In this document: positions 30,504 through 40,104 of the stretch, in pieces
Layout: every line of letters begins with the position of its first letter
Position numbering within the stretch: the stretch's first letter is position 1
NCBI GenBank assembly: GCA_963728915.1
Contig: CAVSLV010000004.1
Span: forward strand, 160,001 to 224,000
Length of the DNA stretch: 64,000 nt
Source: an uncultured Gemmatimonadales bacterium
GTDB lineage: Bacteria > Gemmatimonadota > Gemmatimonadetes > Gemmatimonadales > GWC2-71-9
Reading direction: 5' to 3'
Translations under genes and position numbers: made by a program
Notes under the pieces: model-generated
Seen by the model: only the letters and a program-made list of their open reading frames with translations
What the model was told of the DNA's origin: nothing
The model's database searches: none

Positions 30504-33029
30504 TCAGCGGCGCCCGGCCCCCCGCAGGTTGTCGAGGCCCGCCTCGGCCAGCAGCCGGTAGGGATGCCCGGTGGGAAGCTGGAGCCGGTACAGGGTCAGG
30601 GCGCGCCGGTAGAGCGTATCTGCCAGCCCTCGATCACCCAGCCGCCGAGCCGCCTCACCCAGATACTCGTATCCGTCGGTCACAAACCAGGGCCCCCCGG
30701 GCGGTCTGGACCGCTCGAACGCAACCGCTTGCTGGTAGATCGCTCCGGCATCCGGAGCGTTTCTCCGGGTGGCCAAATACGCCAGGCGATTGAGGAGGTC
30801 TCCCTCCTCGGAGGAGGAGGTCGCGCTGGTGCTCATGTCCGCCAGCCCCCGGCGCAGGAGCTGCTCTGCTTCGACCGGATCGCCCTCGGCCAGCCGGATC
30901 GCCGCCAGCGTCCGGCGGCGGAGCGCTGCGCTCAAACTGTTCGGCCCGTAGATGCGCTCTGCCAGCGAGACGCTTTGCCGGGCCAGACCCTCTGCCTCCC
31001 CGAAGGCGCCCTCCCGTTCCAGCAGAATCGCCAGCACGGTCAGGCTCACTTCGGTTTCCAGATGGGTCGGCCCGTAGAGCACTCGACTGACCTCGAGTGC
31101 CTGGCGGGCGAGCGAGTCCGCTTCGGCCAGGCGACCCTGGTCTCTTCGGATCGAAGCGAGATAGCGCATCGCCCGGAAGGTTTCCTGGTGGAGTCGACCG
31201 AAGACTCTGAGGTCCGCAGCCAGGGCCGGTTCCACAAATGCGGCGGCGGAGTCGTAATCTGCTCGGAGAAAGAGGAGGTGCCCCAGCTCGGCCGCTACAA
31301 TGCTGGTGAGGGGCGCGTTGCTGGAGGGTACTCGCCGCAGGAGGGTTCGATACAGGGCCTCCGCCTCATCGAGCTTCTCCTGCTGACCCAGGTCGCCGGC
31401 GAGATCGAACTCGGTTTGAAGCACTTCAGGTCTCGCCGGCTCGGCCAGACGGTGATACAGACTCAGGGAACGACGCAGCAGGACTTCGCTCTCCCCATAT
31501 CGGCCGGCTCCGGCGTAGAGGTGACCGCGTCGGGAAAGGGTGGCCGCGAGGTCGAGCGTTGGCGGGGAGCCGGTCCGGTCCTGAATCGTCAGAGCCCGGG
31601 CGAACAGCGAATCGGCCTCGGGCACGTTTCCCAGCGCGGATTGCAGATCGCCGAAGGTGCTCAGGATCGAAGCCAGAGTTTCCGGATCGCCGCTCAGCTC
31701 GCTCTCGGCCCGATGAATGCCATCGTCGAGGACTTTGTCCGCCGAGACTTCGCTGCGATCGGCCTGGTCGGGACTCCATCCCTGGAGGAAGCGCCGAAGC
31801 AGGGTCGCGCTCTCGGAGGCCTTGAGGGCCTCGCGCCGGGCCCGGTCGCGCTCGATCTGGAGCCGGGTCAGGTACATCGCTGCGGTCCCGGTGGCGAGGA
31901 GAACGAAGACCGCGCTCGCGATCAGCCGACCCCGGTACCGGCGGAGAAACTTCACCACGCGGTAGCCTCGTCCCGCGTTCCCGAACCGGAGCGGTTCGTG
32001 GTGGAGGTGACGTTCGAGGTCGTCCGCCAGATCGAGCGCCGACGGGTAGCGCTGTCCCGGCTCCGACCGGAGGGCGCGAAGCACGATCCCGTCGAGATCC
32101 CCGCGGAGCGCGCGCTGCAACCGGGGTGGAGTGGTGCGGCGAAGCGCGCTCACCTGCGCGGGTTCCACCTCGGTCACCCTCCCGTCCCGATGCTGGATCC
32201 GCGAAACCCGAGTCACCGTGAACGACGGCCGGGAAGGGAGCTCGTCGTCGGGGGCGCCGGACCGTCGGGAAGGTCGCCGGCCCGAGAGAAGCTCGTACAA
32301 CAGCACGCCGAGCTGGTAGATGTCGCTCGCCGTGGTCGCGGCGTCGCCGGCAACCTGCTCCGGGCTGGCGTATTCGGGGGTCATCGGCCCCCGGCTTCCC
32401 TCCTGCCGGGTGATCACCTCGCCGTCGTCGTTGCCGAGCAATCTGGCGATCCCGAAATCGAGCAGCTTCACTTCCCCCGCCGCGGTCACCAGGACGTTCG
32501 ACGGCTTGAGGTCGCGGTGAATCACCAGATTGCGATGGGCGTAATGCACCGTGCGGCAGACTGCGCTGAACAGGCGCAGCCGGTCCTCGATGGACAGATG
32601 GTTGGCGTCACAGTAGTCGGTGATCGGCGAGCCCCGAACCAGCTCCATCACGAAAAACGGTCGTCCTTCGCGGCTCACCCCTCCATCGAGCAGGCGCGCA
32701 ATGCCGGCGTGGGCGAGTCGGGCCAGGATCTGTCGCTCCCGGAGGAAGCGGGATTCGATTTCCTCCGAATCCATCCCGGGCTTGATCAGCTTGAGAGCGA
32801 CCTGCTGCTCGAACTGCCCGTCGGCGCGCTCGGCGAGCCACACGGTGCCCATCCCCCCGCGGCCCAGAACCTCGAGCAGTCGATAGGGCCCGACCAGGGA
32901 ACCCAGAGCCTCGCCGCGCCCTGGGCCTTCCGCCATTTCGGCGAGGTAGGGCGCGGCAAAGGCGCTCGCGGTGCTTTCGAGGAAGTCCGCCTGGATGGCC
33001 TCCCGCCAGCGTTCTCCAGTGCCGCTCAT
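30504..33029 (-). CDS. Hanks-type Ser/Thr kinase with TM helix and TPR repeats
   Basis: GRGGMGTV, VALK, HRDLKPSN, DFGIAR, PEYASPEQ; TM helix then TPRs; ATGA-coupled to the ECF gene. Confidence 0.93.
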   Translation of the reverse strand: MSGTGERWREAIQADFLESTASAFAAPYLAEMAEGPGRGEALGSLVGPYRLLEVLGRGGMGTVWLAERADGQFEQQVALKLIKPGMDSEEIESRFLRERQILARLAHAGIARLLDGGVSREGRPFFVMELVRGSPITDYCDANHLSIEDRLRLFSAVCRTVHYAHRNLVIHRDLKPSNVLVTAAGEVKLLDFGIARLLGNDDGEVITRQEGSRGPMTPEYASPEQVAGDAATTASDIYQLGVLLYELLSGRRPSRRSGAPDDELPSRPSFTVTRVSRIQHRDGRVTEVEPAQVSALRRTTPPRLQRALRGDLDGIVLRALRSEPGQRYPSALDLADDLERHLHHEPLRFGNAGRGYRVVKFLRRYRGRLIASAVFVLLATGTAAMYLTRLQIERDRARREALKASESATLLRRFLQGWSPDQADRSEVSADKVLDDGIHRAESELSGDPETLASILSTFGDLQSALGNVPEADSLFARALTIQDRTGSPPTLDLAATLSRRGHLYAGAGRYGESEVLLRRSLSLYHRLAEPARPEVLQTEFDLAGDLGQQEKLDEAEALYRTLLRRVPSSNAPLTSIVAAELGHLLFLRADYDSAAAFVEPALAADLRVFGRLHQETFRAMRYLASIRRDQGRLAEADSLARQALEVSRVLYGPTHLETEVSLTVLAILLEREGAFGEAEGLARQSVSLAERIYGPNSLSAALRRRTLAAIRLAEGDPVEAEQLLRRGLADMSTSATSSSEEGDLLNRLAYLATRRNAPDAGAIYQQAVAFERSRPPGGPWFVTDGYEYLGEAARRLGDRGLADTLYRRALTLYRLQLPTGHPYRLLAEAGLDNLRGAGRR

Positions 33030-33595
33030 GTCTCGGCCAGCTCGCCGTAGAGCCAGTCTTTCGCCTTCTGCCAGTCGAGCTTGACCGTGCTCGTGGCCAG
33101 GTCCAGCGCATCCGCCGTTTGCTCGACCGTCATTCCCCCGAAAAACCGAAGCTCGACCAGCTGGGCATGGCGCGGGTTCATGCCGGCGAGCCGCTCCAGG
33201 GCCTGATCCAGTGCCAGCATCTGCTCGGCTCGATCGGCGGAGACCAGCGTGGCTCCTTCCCCGAGGTTGAGCCGTTCCGGCGCCGCGCCGCCTCCGCGCT
33301 TCTGGGCTCGATGGCGGCGGGCATAATCCACCAGCACGCGGCGCATCGCCGTCGCGGCCAGCGCGAGAAAATGGGACCGGTCCTGGACCCGAACCCGGGT
33401 GACGTCCAGCAGTTTGAGGTAGGTCTCATGAACCAGGGCGGTCGTCGTCAGGGTGTGGTCAGTTCGCTCACCCCGGAGTGCCCGGCTGGCGCGATGGCGG
33501 AGATCTTCGTAGACGAGGGGAAACAGCTGATCCAGGGCGGCCCGGCTTCCGTTGCGCCATTCGATGAAAAGCGTGGTCGCATCGAGACTGGCCAT
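33026..33595 (-). CDS. ECF sigma factor, kinase-associated type (EcfK/EcfP-like)
   Basis: LFPLVYEDLR, HTLTTTALVHETY, AMRRVLVDYAR, VELRFFGGM. Confidence 0.9.
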   Translation of the reverse strand: MASLDATTLFIEWRNGSRAALDQLFPLVYEDLRHRASRALRGERTDHTLTTTALVHETYLKLLDVTRVRVQDRSHFLALAATAMRRVLVDYARRHRAQKRGGGAAPERLNLGEGATLVSADRAEQMLALDQALERLAGMNPRHAQLVELRFFGGMTVEQTADALDLATSTVKLDWQKAKDWLYGELAET

Positions 33596-33626
33596 AGCTG
33601 GGAGCGGAGCCGGACGAGAAGGGACT

Positions 33627-35294
33627 CTAAGATACCGTTCGCCTCCGCCCTCCGATAGCACCCCGATCGACCCCGCTGCCGCCCTGGGGAACCCGCCTCG
33701 AATTGAGGAAGGCCTTGGCCTCCTGGATGGTTTCCGGACGGTGTTTATCACCCGATAGCCGCAACAGCTCTCGATAGTACGCCGAAGCGTTTCGCGGGTC
33801 GCCGCTCGCGCGTGCGGCCCGCGCCGCGCCCAGCAGACTGTTGAACCGATGCGGGTAAAGCTCCAGAGATCGACGAAAGGCGACCAGCGCTTCCCCCGGC
33901 TGCTCCTGGTCCAGGGCGAGATCGCCCAGGAGCTCGAGTGCGGGAAGGGTGGGTGCCGGCGTGACCGGAGGCTTGGGAGTCTGCTCCTCCAGAGCGGCCG
34001 CCTGGGCCAGGGCCGCGCGGGCCGTGTCCTCGGCGCCCCTGCCGTGGGCAATCCAGCCGGCGAGCTCGAGCTTGAGCATCGCGATGTTCCGGGCGAATAG
34101 CTCCTCTCCGCTGCTTCTGGCGATTTCCTCGAGCACCGCCAGGCGAGCTCGCTCCGCTTCCGCGGCTTCCTGCTGCCCAAGATGCGCGGCTCCCAGGCCC
34201 CGGGCGAAGCGGGTCACCGCCTCCGCCCAGGGAAACCGGTCCCAGTCGAGGCCGGCGCGTTCCCGAACCGGCAGCGAGGCCGCCCCGCTCCAATCCCGCC
34301 GCTCGAGGACATACCGCGCCCGCGCCGAGGAGAGATGGAACGCGGTCTTGAAGGTGGGCTCCAAGTTCGGAACGGCCTCGAGACGTTGCACCTGGGCCAG
34401 CGCGCCGGCATCGTCGCCCTGCTGAAGGTAGGCATACACCAGGTACTCGACCGCGTGGGGGAATTCGTCCCACACCAGATCCCGCTGCTCCCCCGCGGGC
34501 TGGGCCAGGGCCGCTTCGGCCGCCGCCAGGTTGCCGCGGACCACACCGGCCCAGTCGCCCAGGCGGGTGTAGATGTGGGTCGGCATGTGCAGGGCGTGCG
34601 GGTTATGGGGAGCGATCGTTTCGTACTTCCGGGTGACCGCCAGCAGCTCGTGCTCCCGTCCCGGCACGTCGTTGGCGTGGATCAGGTAATGCATGGCGCC
34701 GGGGTGATCGGGATACTTCCGGTACACCGCCTCGAGGATCGCGGCCGCCCGGTCGGCATGCTCCCGCGACACGGTGGTTGCCGGCGTGGTGGCGAGGTGC
34801 GCCAGGGCGTAGAAGACGGCGGCCTCCGGGTCGTCGGGATAGTCGCGATAGGTGCGTTCGGCGGCGGCTTCCCAGCGCCGGATCCGACCCCAGTAATCCG
34901 GCGACGCCGGCTCCTGAAAGAACGCCTCGGCTTGTGCCAGGAACGACCGCTCCCGGGGAGAAAGGTTCCCGATCGAATCGGCCTGACCGACTTCCCGGAG
35001 TCCGCGCGCCAGGGCGTCCGCCCCGGGCCGAGTCGGCCAGAGCGGCTGGAACAGCGTCATCGCGATGCCCCAGTGGGCCATGCCGCAAGCGGGATCGCTG
35101 TTCGTCAGGGCGACGAACTCCTGCCTGGATTCCGGGTAAGTCATGTGGTGAAGCAGGGCCATCGCGTGGTTGAAGGCCGCCTGCGACGAGGCCGAACAGC
35201 TCACCGGGAAGGTGACCCTTCCGAGATGGTCCTGGTGGGGCTGGGCCGCCAGAGGCGAGAGCCAGCCTAACCCGAGCAGCAATACCCGCTTCAT
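33627..35294 (-). CDS. Secreted TPR-containing hypothetical protein
   Basis: Signal peptide, LGRVTFPVSC, HPGAMHYLIH, HALHMPTHIY. Confidence 0.75.
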   Translation of the reverse strand: MKRVLLLGLGWLSPLAAQPHQDHLGRVTFPVSCSASSQAAFNHAMALLHHMTYPESRQEFVALTNSDPACGMAHWGIAMTLFQPLWPTRPGADALARGLREVGQADSIGNLSPRERSFLAQAEAFFQEPASPDYWGRIRRWEAAAERTYRDYPDDPEAAVFYALAHLATTPATTVSREHADRAAAILEAVYRKYPDHPGAMHYLIHANDVPGREHELLAVTRKYETIAPHNPHALHMPTHIYTRLGDWAGVVRGNLAAAEAALAQPAGEQRDLVWDEFPHAVEYLVYAYLQQGDDAGALAQVQRLEAVPNLEPTFKTAFHLSSARARYVLERRDWSGAASLPVRERAGLDWDRFPWAEAVTRFARGLGAAHLGQQEAAEAERARLAVLEEIARSSGEELFARNIAMLKLELAGWIAHGRGAEDTARAALAQAAALEEQTPKPPVTPAPTLPALELLGDLALDQEQPGEALVAFRRSLELYPHRFNSLLGAARAARASGDPRNASAYYRELLRLSGDKHRPETIQEAKAFLNSRRVPQGGSGVDRGAIGGRRRTVS

Positions 35295-35311
35295 CCTGTC
35301 CGCCTGTCCGC

Positions 35312-35719
35312 CTATCCCCCGGTACCAAACCGATAGCACCACGCCTCGCCTTCAAGGACGGTTTCTCCGTCCTGACGCCACACCCGGATCCCAAGCTGGC
35401 TCACCGGCTTGGAGGAATGGACGCTCAGCACCACCGCCTCCGCCGTGATCGTGTCGCCGATGTACACCGGTGCGGTGAACTTCCAGTTCTGACTGAGAAA
35501 GACGGTGCCCGGTCCCGGAAGATCCTCCGCCACCAGCGCATGCAGCAGTCCGGTGGTGAGTCCCCCCTGGACCACCAATCGGCCGAATCTGGTCGCCGCC
35601 ACGAAGTCTTCGTCGAAATGGAGAGGATTCCGGTCCCCGGTGATCTCCGAATAGAGCCGGACGTGTTCGGATGTCAGGGTCAGGGATCGAGTGGCCTTCT
35701 GGCCGATCGAGAGACTCAT
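35312..35719 (-). CDS. MaoC/PhaJ-like hotdog-fold dehydratase
   Basis: TGDRNPLHFD, FTAPVYIGDTI; ATGA overlap with the upstream gene. Confidence 0.88.
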   Translation of the reverse strand: MSLSIGQKATRSLTLTSEHVRLYSEITGDRNPLHFDEDFVAATRFGRLVVQGGLTTGLLHALVAEDLPGPGTVFLSQNWKFTAPVYIGDTITAEAVVLSVHSSKPVSQLGIRVWRQDGETVLEGEAWCYRFGTGG

Positions 35720-36447
35720 GGTCCCGTTGCCCCGGTCGTTCGATCCGCCATGATCCAGCGAGCGGTGACCTGCTGGGTGGCCAGCGACACCAGACAATAC
35801 GCCGCGAACCAGTAGAACCCGACCCCAAAAGTCGCGGTGAACGTGACCAGGGAGGGCGCGGTCCCGGGGGCCGATGGCGCCTGGCTGGCGCGGGCCGCGA
35901 GATAGGTGATGAAGAGCGCCACCGCGAAGACATCCGCCATGGACCATTTGGCGATCATCTCGACCAGGTGCAGGGTGCGCTTTCGTTGAAGTGCATCACG
36001 ATGGAAGACCGCCCAGAGCACCAGCCCTGCCTTGGTGAAGGGGACCAGGACACTGAACAGGAGGATCAGGGTCGCCGCCGTGACGCTGCCCACCTGGTAG
36101 AGGTGCCTGACCGAGCCGAGGATGCTCCGGGTCTGATGGTAGACCTCGATCGGCTGCCCCGTGCCAAGCTGCCGGGCGATCTGCCCGCCCAGCTGGATCA
36201 CCAGGGCGCCCTTGAGGCCTCCCGGCGCCTGCTCCAGCAAGGGAAGTACCGTCGGGTTGATGAGCGGGCGCAAGCTCGCGACGGTGGAATCCGATAATCC
36301 CTGGTTCAAGAGCTGCGGAGCCAGGCTTGCGACACCCTTGGGATCCAGTTGACCTCGGATCGTGATGACCGTGGTCAGAATGCCGGGCAAGAGCAGCCCG
36401 ATCGAAGCCGCCAGGCCGGCCAGCGCGAGCAGTCGACGCCGATTCAT
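35716..36447 (-). CDS. Paraquat-inducible protein A (PqiA-like) membrane protein
   Basis: LFSVLVPFTK, KWSMADVFAVA, GFYWFAAYC. Confidence 0.75.
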   Translation of the reverse strand: MNRRRLLALAGLAASIGLLLPGILTTVITIRGQLDPKGVASLAPQLLNQGLSDSTVASLRPLINPTVLPLLEQAPGGLKGALVIQLGGQIARQLGTGQPIEVYHQTRSILGSVRHLYQVGSVTAATLILLFSVLVPFTKAGLVLWAVFHRDALQRKRTLHLVEMIAKWSMADVFAVALFITYLAARASQAPSAPGTAPSLVTFTATFGVGFYWFAAYCLVSLATQQVTARWIMADRTTGATGP

Positions 36448-37145
36448 GGGAGTGGCTCCTCTCCCCGATCCTGCCGCTCCTGCTCCCGCCGGGCTCGGCC
36501 CTCATCCAGCCAGCGGCGCGTCATGTCTGCGGCGGCGTGGCGCGCCCCCAGTCCGAAGGCAAGCCCCGCCGCGAGCGCAAAGGCCCCAAGGATCAGGGTG
36601 AAGGCCGAGGTGACGATCTCCGGCGCGAGACCGAGCTGCTGCACCGCCATGAAGATCGCAATGGTGACCACCGCCGCTTTGGCGATCTTGGCCAGCACCG
36701 GGACCCCTGCCACCCGTCCCGCCGATACCAGCACCACCGCGCGGACGAATTCGCCCACGATCATGCCGAGGATCACGATGACGATCGCGGCGATCAGGGT
36801 CGGGATGTAGGAGAGCATGGTGCCGAACATGACGTTGATGCTCTCCAGTCCCAGCGCGCTGCTTGCGAGCAGGATCACCACCAGCATCACCATCCAGAAG
36901 AGGAGCTTGCCCACCGCGTGAATCGGGTCGAGTCGGGTCCCGGTCCGCCCCATCGCCTCGGAAAACCCGCCCCGCTCGGCGACCTTGTTGAAGTTGAGTC
37001 GCACCAGAAGCCCATCGGTCCACCGCTCCACCAGCTTCGCGATGAAATAGCCGGCGACCAGGATGACGATCGCACCCAGCGTCGCGGGAAGGATCGAGAA
37101 GAGCTGGGAGCCGCCAAGCTGCAATCGCTGCCACAGTTCGTTCAC
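36444..37145 (-). CDS. Small mechanosensitive-channel TM-helix repeat protein (CmpX-like)
   Basis: Repeated P..(L/I)xAIVI TM units; LAAGLAFGLG. Confidence 0.75.
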   Translation of the reverse strand: MNELWQRLQLGGSQLFSILPATLGAIVILVAGYFIAKLVERWTDGLLVRLNFNKVAERGGFSEAMGRTGTRLDPIHAVGKLLFWMVMLVVILLASSALGLESINVMFGTMLSYIPTLIAAIVIVILGMIVGEFVRAVVLVSAGRVAGVPVLAKIAKAAVVTIAIFMAVQQLGLAPEIVTSAFTLILGAFALAAGLAFGLGARHAAADMTRRWLDEGRARREQERQDRGEEPLP

Positions 37146-38185
37146 CGGTTCACCTCGATCACGAGTTTCCCGACCTGGTCGCCCGCCGCCATCCGTTCAT
37201 AGGCCTGCCTCCCCTCCGCCAACGGGACCACGCTGTCCACCACCGGCCAGAGCTTGCCGGCCCTGATTTTCTCCATGACCTGGCCAAACTCGGCACGCGT
37301 TCCCATGGTCGACCCCAGGAGACTCCACTGAAACCAGAACAGGCGCCGGATATCTACCCCCACTTCCGGGCCGCTCGTTGCTCCGCAGGTCACCAGACGC
37401 CCGCCGGGAGCAAGGGCCCCGAGCGACGCATCCCAGGTGGCCTCCCCAACCGAATCCACCACCACGTTGACCCCGCCTCCCAGATTCTTTCTGATCTCCC
37501 GGACGATGTCCCCGGGCGACCGCTCCCAGTGGTTGAAGACCTGATCCGCGCCCAGCGCTCGCGCCTTCTCGAGTTTGGCCGGGCTCGATCCGCTCACCAG
37601 GGCCACCGCACCCAGCTCCTTGGCAATCTGAAGCGCCGCCATCGAAATGCCACCGCCCGCCCCCCAGATCAGCACCGATTCTCCCCGGGAAAGTCTCGCT
37701 CTCGTCGTCAGCATTCGCCATGCGGTGAGCGTCGAGAGTGGGAATGCCGCCGCCTCGGCCCAGGACATCGTATCCGGAATTCCGGCAACGTTCCGTTCTG
37801 GAACGATGACCAGCTCGGCACAGGTGCCTGGCCGGTGTTCCCCCATGATCTGGAACGAACGGCAGTAGGGCTCTTCTCCAGCTCGGCACATCTGACAGCC
37901 GCCGCAGGAGATCCCCGGGTTGATCGCGACCCGGTCTCCGGCCCGCGGGGTTGTCACGCCGGGTCCGACGGCTTCGACTTCCCCGGCTCCGTCGGTTCCG
38001 ACGATGTGAGGAAAGGTCAGAGTGATGCCCTTCACCCCGTCGGTCAGGAAGAGATCCAGATGATTCAGGGCGGCGGCCCGCATCCTCAGGCGAACCTCAC
38101 CCGGTCCGGGCAGTGGCGGGTCAGGTAGGTCCAGCACCTCGAGCGCTTGCGGCCCGCCGAGTCGGGTTAGGGCCAGGGCTCGCAT
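37142..38185 (-). CDS. Zinc-binding dehydrogenase (MDR family)
   Basis: ALNHLD, CGGCQMC..C structural zinc motif, GAGGG, GRLVTCGATSG. Confidence 0.88.
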   Translation of the reverse strand: MRALALTRLGGPQALEVLDLPDPPLPGPGEVRLRMRAAALNHLDLFLTDGVKGITLTFPHIVGTDGAGEVEAVGPGVTTPRAGDRVAINPGISCGGCQMCRAGEEPYCRSFQIMGEHRPGTCAELVIVPERNVAGIPDTMSWAEAAAFPLSTLTAWRMLTTRARLSRGESVLIWGAGGGISMAALQIAKELGAVALVSGSSPAKLEKARALGADQVFNHWERSPGDIVREIRKNLGGGVNVVVDSVGEATWDASLGALAPGGRLVTCGATSGPEVGVDIRRLFWFQWSLLGSTMGTRAEFGQVMEKIRAGKLWPVVDSVVPLAEGRQAYERMAAGDQVGKLVIEVNR

Positions 38186-38310
38186 GGAGAAAAAGTCCGC
38201 CTTGCAGAAGGGAGAAAGTTGTGCAAGATATATGACCCCCTTTGGTGGGCGCCGAAGCGCCTCCCCCTCTGCGGCGGGGCCTGCCGCAGGTGAGCCCTTG
38301 GAGGACCTGT

Positions 38311-38706
38311 ATGGCCGCGTTCCGAACCTCGGACACCTGGGAGTCAGGCGGAGGCTGGATGGATCCGATGCCTTCGTCGTCTCCACCCCCGCCCCCTCCG
38401 CCACCGCCCCCGCCGCCGCCGGCGCAACCGGCCCCCATGATGCGGCCGTCCAAGCCGATGGCTGAGGGGACCCCTGAGCGTCCGGCCCGAAAGCCGGCGG
38501 CGCCCAAGCCCGCCGCCCGGAAGGCGGCTCCGAAAAAGAAGAAGAAGGCCACGGCTCGGAAGCCCGCTCGCAAGGCAGCCCGGAAGCCGGCGCGCAAAGC
38601 GGCCCGGAAGCCCGCGCGGAAGCCGGCTCGCGCCATGAAGCGGAAGGCACCGAAGAAGGCGGTCCGGAGGACGGCAAAGAAGAAAGGCGGCAAGAAGCGC
38701 CGCTGA
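38311..38706 (+). CDS. Histone H1-like basic protein with polyproline tract
   Basis: GGAGGA SD; 13 consecutive Pro, then KPARKAAR repeats; followed by a terminator; start could alternatively be 38359. Confidence 0.7.
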   Translation: MAAFRTSDTWESGGGWMDPMPSSSPPPPPPPPPPPPPAQPAPMMRPSKPMAEGTPERPARKPAAPKPAARKAAPKKKKKATARKPARKAARKPARKAARKPARKPARAMKRKAPKKAVRRTAKKKGGKKRR

Positions 38707-38713
38707 TCGGGAA

Positions 38714-38745
38714 CGGGGCGGAGAATTCTCCGCCCCGGTTTCATT
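38714..38745 (+). terminator. Intrinsic terminator
   Basis: Perfect palindrome CGGGGCGGAGAATTCTCCGCCCCG followed by GTTTCATT. Confidence 0.7.
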
Positions 38746-38807
38746 TGAGCTCCTGGCGGCCTCTCTCTGTGTCCAAAGGAACACGAGGGAGGATTAGCTT
38801 TTTCGCC

Positions 38808-39866
38808 ATGACAGACACCCCTCGAGACCAGCGTCCCGCCATCCGGCTCAGCTCCCTAAGCCACGGGGCGGGTTGAGCCTGCAAGCTCGGTAGCGACGAG
38901 TTGGCGCAGGTGCTGCGTCATGTCCCCGCGATTGTTGATCCCAACGTCCTGGTCGATGCCGCCAGCCGCGACGATGCCGCGGTGTATCGACTGGGACCCG
39001 ATCGCGCGCTCGTCGCCACCGTGGATTTCTTCACTCCGATCGTCGATTCCCCAGCGGACTGGGGCGCGATCGCGGCCGCCAACGCCCTCTCCGACGTGTA
39101 CGCCATGGGTGGAAGGCCGCTGTTCGCCCTCAACCTGGTGGGATGGCCCCGCGGGGTGCTCCCGTTCGAAGTCCTGGGCGAGGTGCTCCGGGGCGCCGGC
39201 GAGGTCGCCCGGCGCGCCGGGTGCCTTCTCCTCGGCGGCCATTCGATCGACGACCCCGAGCCCAAGTTCGGCCTCGTCGTCATCGGTGAGGTCCATCCCG
39301 ACCGGATGATGACCAACACCGCGGGACGCCCCGGCGACCGGCTGGTCCTCACCAAGCCGCTGGGAACCGGCATTCTCACCACCGCGTTCAAGCGCGACTG
39401 GATCTCCGAACCGGATCTCGACGACGCCGTGCGGGTTATGACGACCCTCAACGACGGGGCCGCCCGCGCCGCGCTGGCCCAGGGCGTCCGCTGCGCCACC
39501 GACGTGACCGGCTTCGGCCTGCTCGGCCATCTTCGCAACGTGCTCGCCGGGAGCGGGGTGGGCGCCCGCGTCATCTTCTCCCGACTGCCCTTGCTCGGTG
39601 GTGTTCTGGAGCTGGCGGGCCGCGGAGCCGTCCCGGGCGGCACGCGCCGGAACCTCGAGAGCGCGAGGGCGGAGTGGGATTCCAGTCTCACCGACATCGA
39701 GCGCCTGGTCACGGTCGATGCGCAAACGTCTGGCGGATTGCTCCTCGCGGTGACGCCGGACCGGCTGGAAGCGGTGCTGGCGTCGCTTGCGGCGGAGGCC
39801 ACCCCCGGAGCCGCGGTCATCGGCGAGCTCACGCCCGAGCGGGACGTGATCACGGTATCACGATGA
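38808..39866 (+). CDS. selD: Selenophosphate synthetase, selenocysteine-containing (in-frame TGA at 38874-38876)
   Basis: ATG 38808 reads IRLSSLSHGAG-TGA-ACKLG in frame with the downstream ORF; DDAAVY, TVDFFTPIVD, NALSDVYAMGG, TDVTGFGLLGH, DAQTSGGLL. Confidence 0.93.
38877..38911 (+). promoter_or_regulatory. Putative bacterial SECIS element
   Basis: Immediately 3' of the UGA: GCCTGC/GCAGGT lower stem, GCTCG/CGAGT upper stem, apical loop GTAGCGA. Confidence 0.65.
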
Positions 39867-40102
39867 GAAGGATTGCCGGGTGCTGGCTGGTGATGGCGGT
39901 GTTCCAGCTCTCGTGCGGCGAGGGGACCGGCCCCTCCGGGGATACTCGCACCTTCCGGATGGGCTTCGATGTGGGGGCGCTTCCCCCTCCGGTTCCCGAC
40001 AATCTGGGTCCCTTCGTGTACCTCGGACTGGTCGATGCGAACCTCGAGCCCAAGCCGGCGCTGCAGGCCTGGGACAGCGTCTTTGCCCTGCCCCGCAGGT
40101 GA
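39863..40102 (+). CDS. Short lipoprotein-like ORF, possibly an internally deleted remnant
   Basis: ATGA overlap with selD; lipobox-like QLSC; ends LGLVDANLEPKPALQAWDS. Confidence 0.5.
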   Translation: MRRIAGCWLVMAVFQLSCGEGTGPSGDTRTFRMGFDVGALPPPVPDNLGPFVYLGLVDANLEPKPALQAWDSVFALPRR

Positions 40103-40104
40103 TC

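Noticed and set aside
38520..38640. Tandem repeats as a possible CRISPR array or VNTR
   Set aside because: They are the coding KPARKAAR repeats of the histone-like gene; there are no unique spacers and no cas genes
38901..39866. SelD starting at 38901 as in the ORF track, or a selD pseudogene
   Set aside because: That start omits the catalytic motif; the upstream in-frame TGA sits at the catalytic position and is followed by a SECIS-like hairpin
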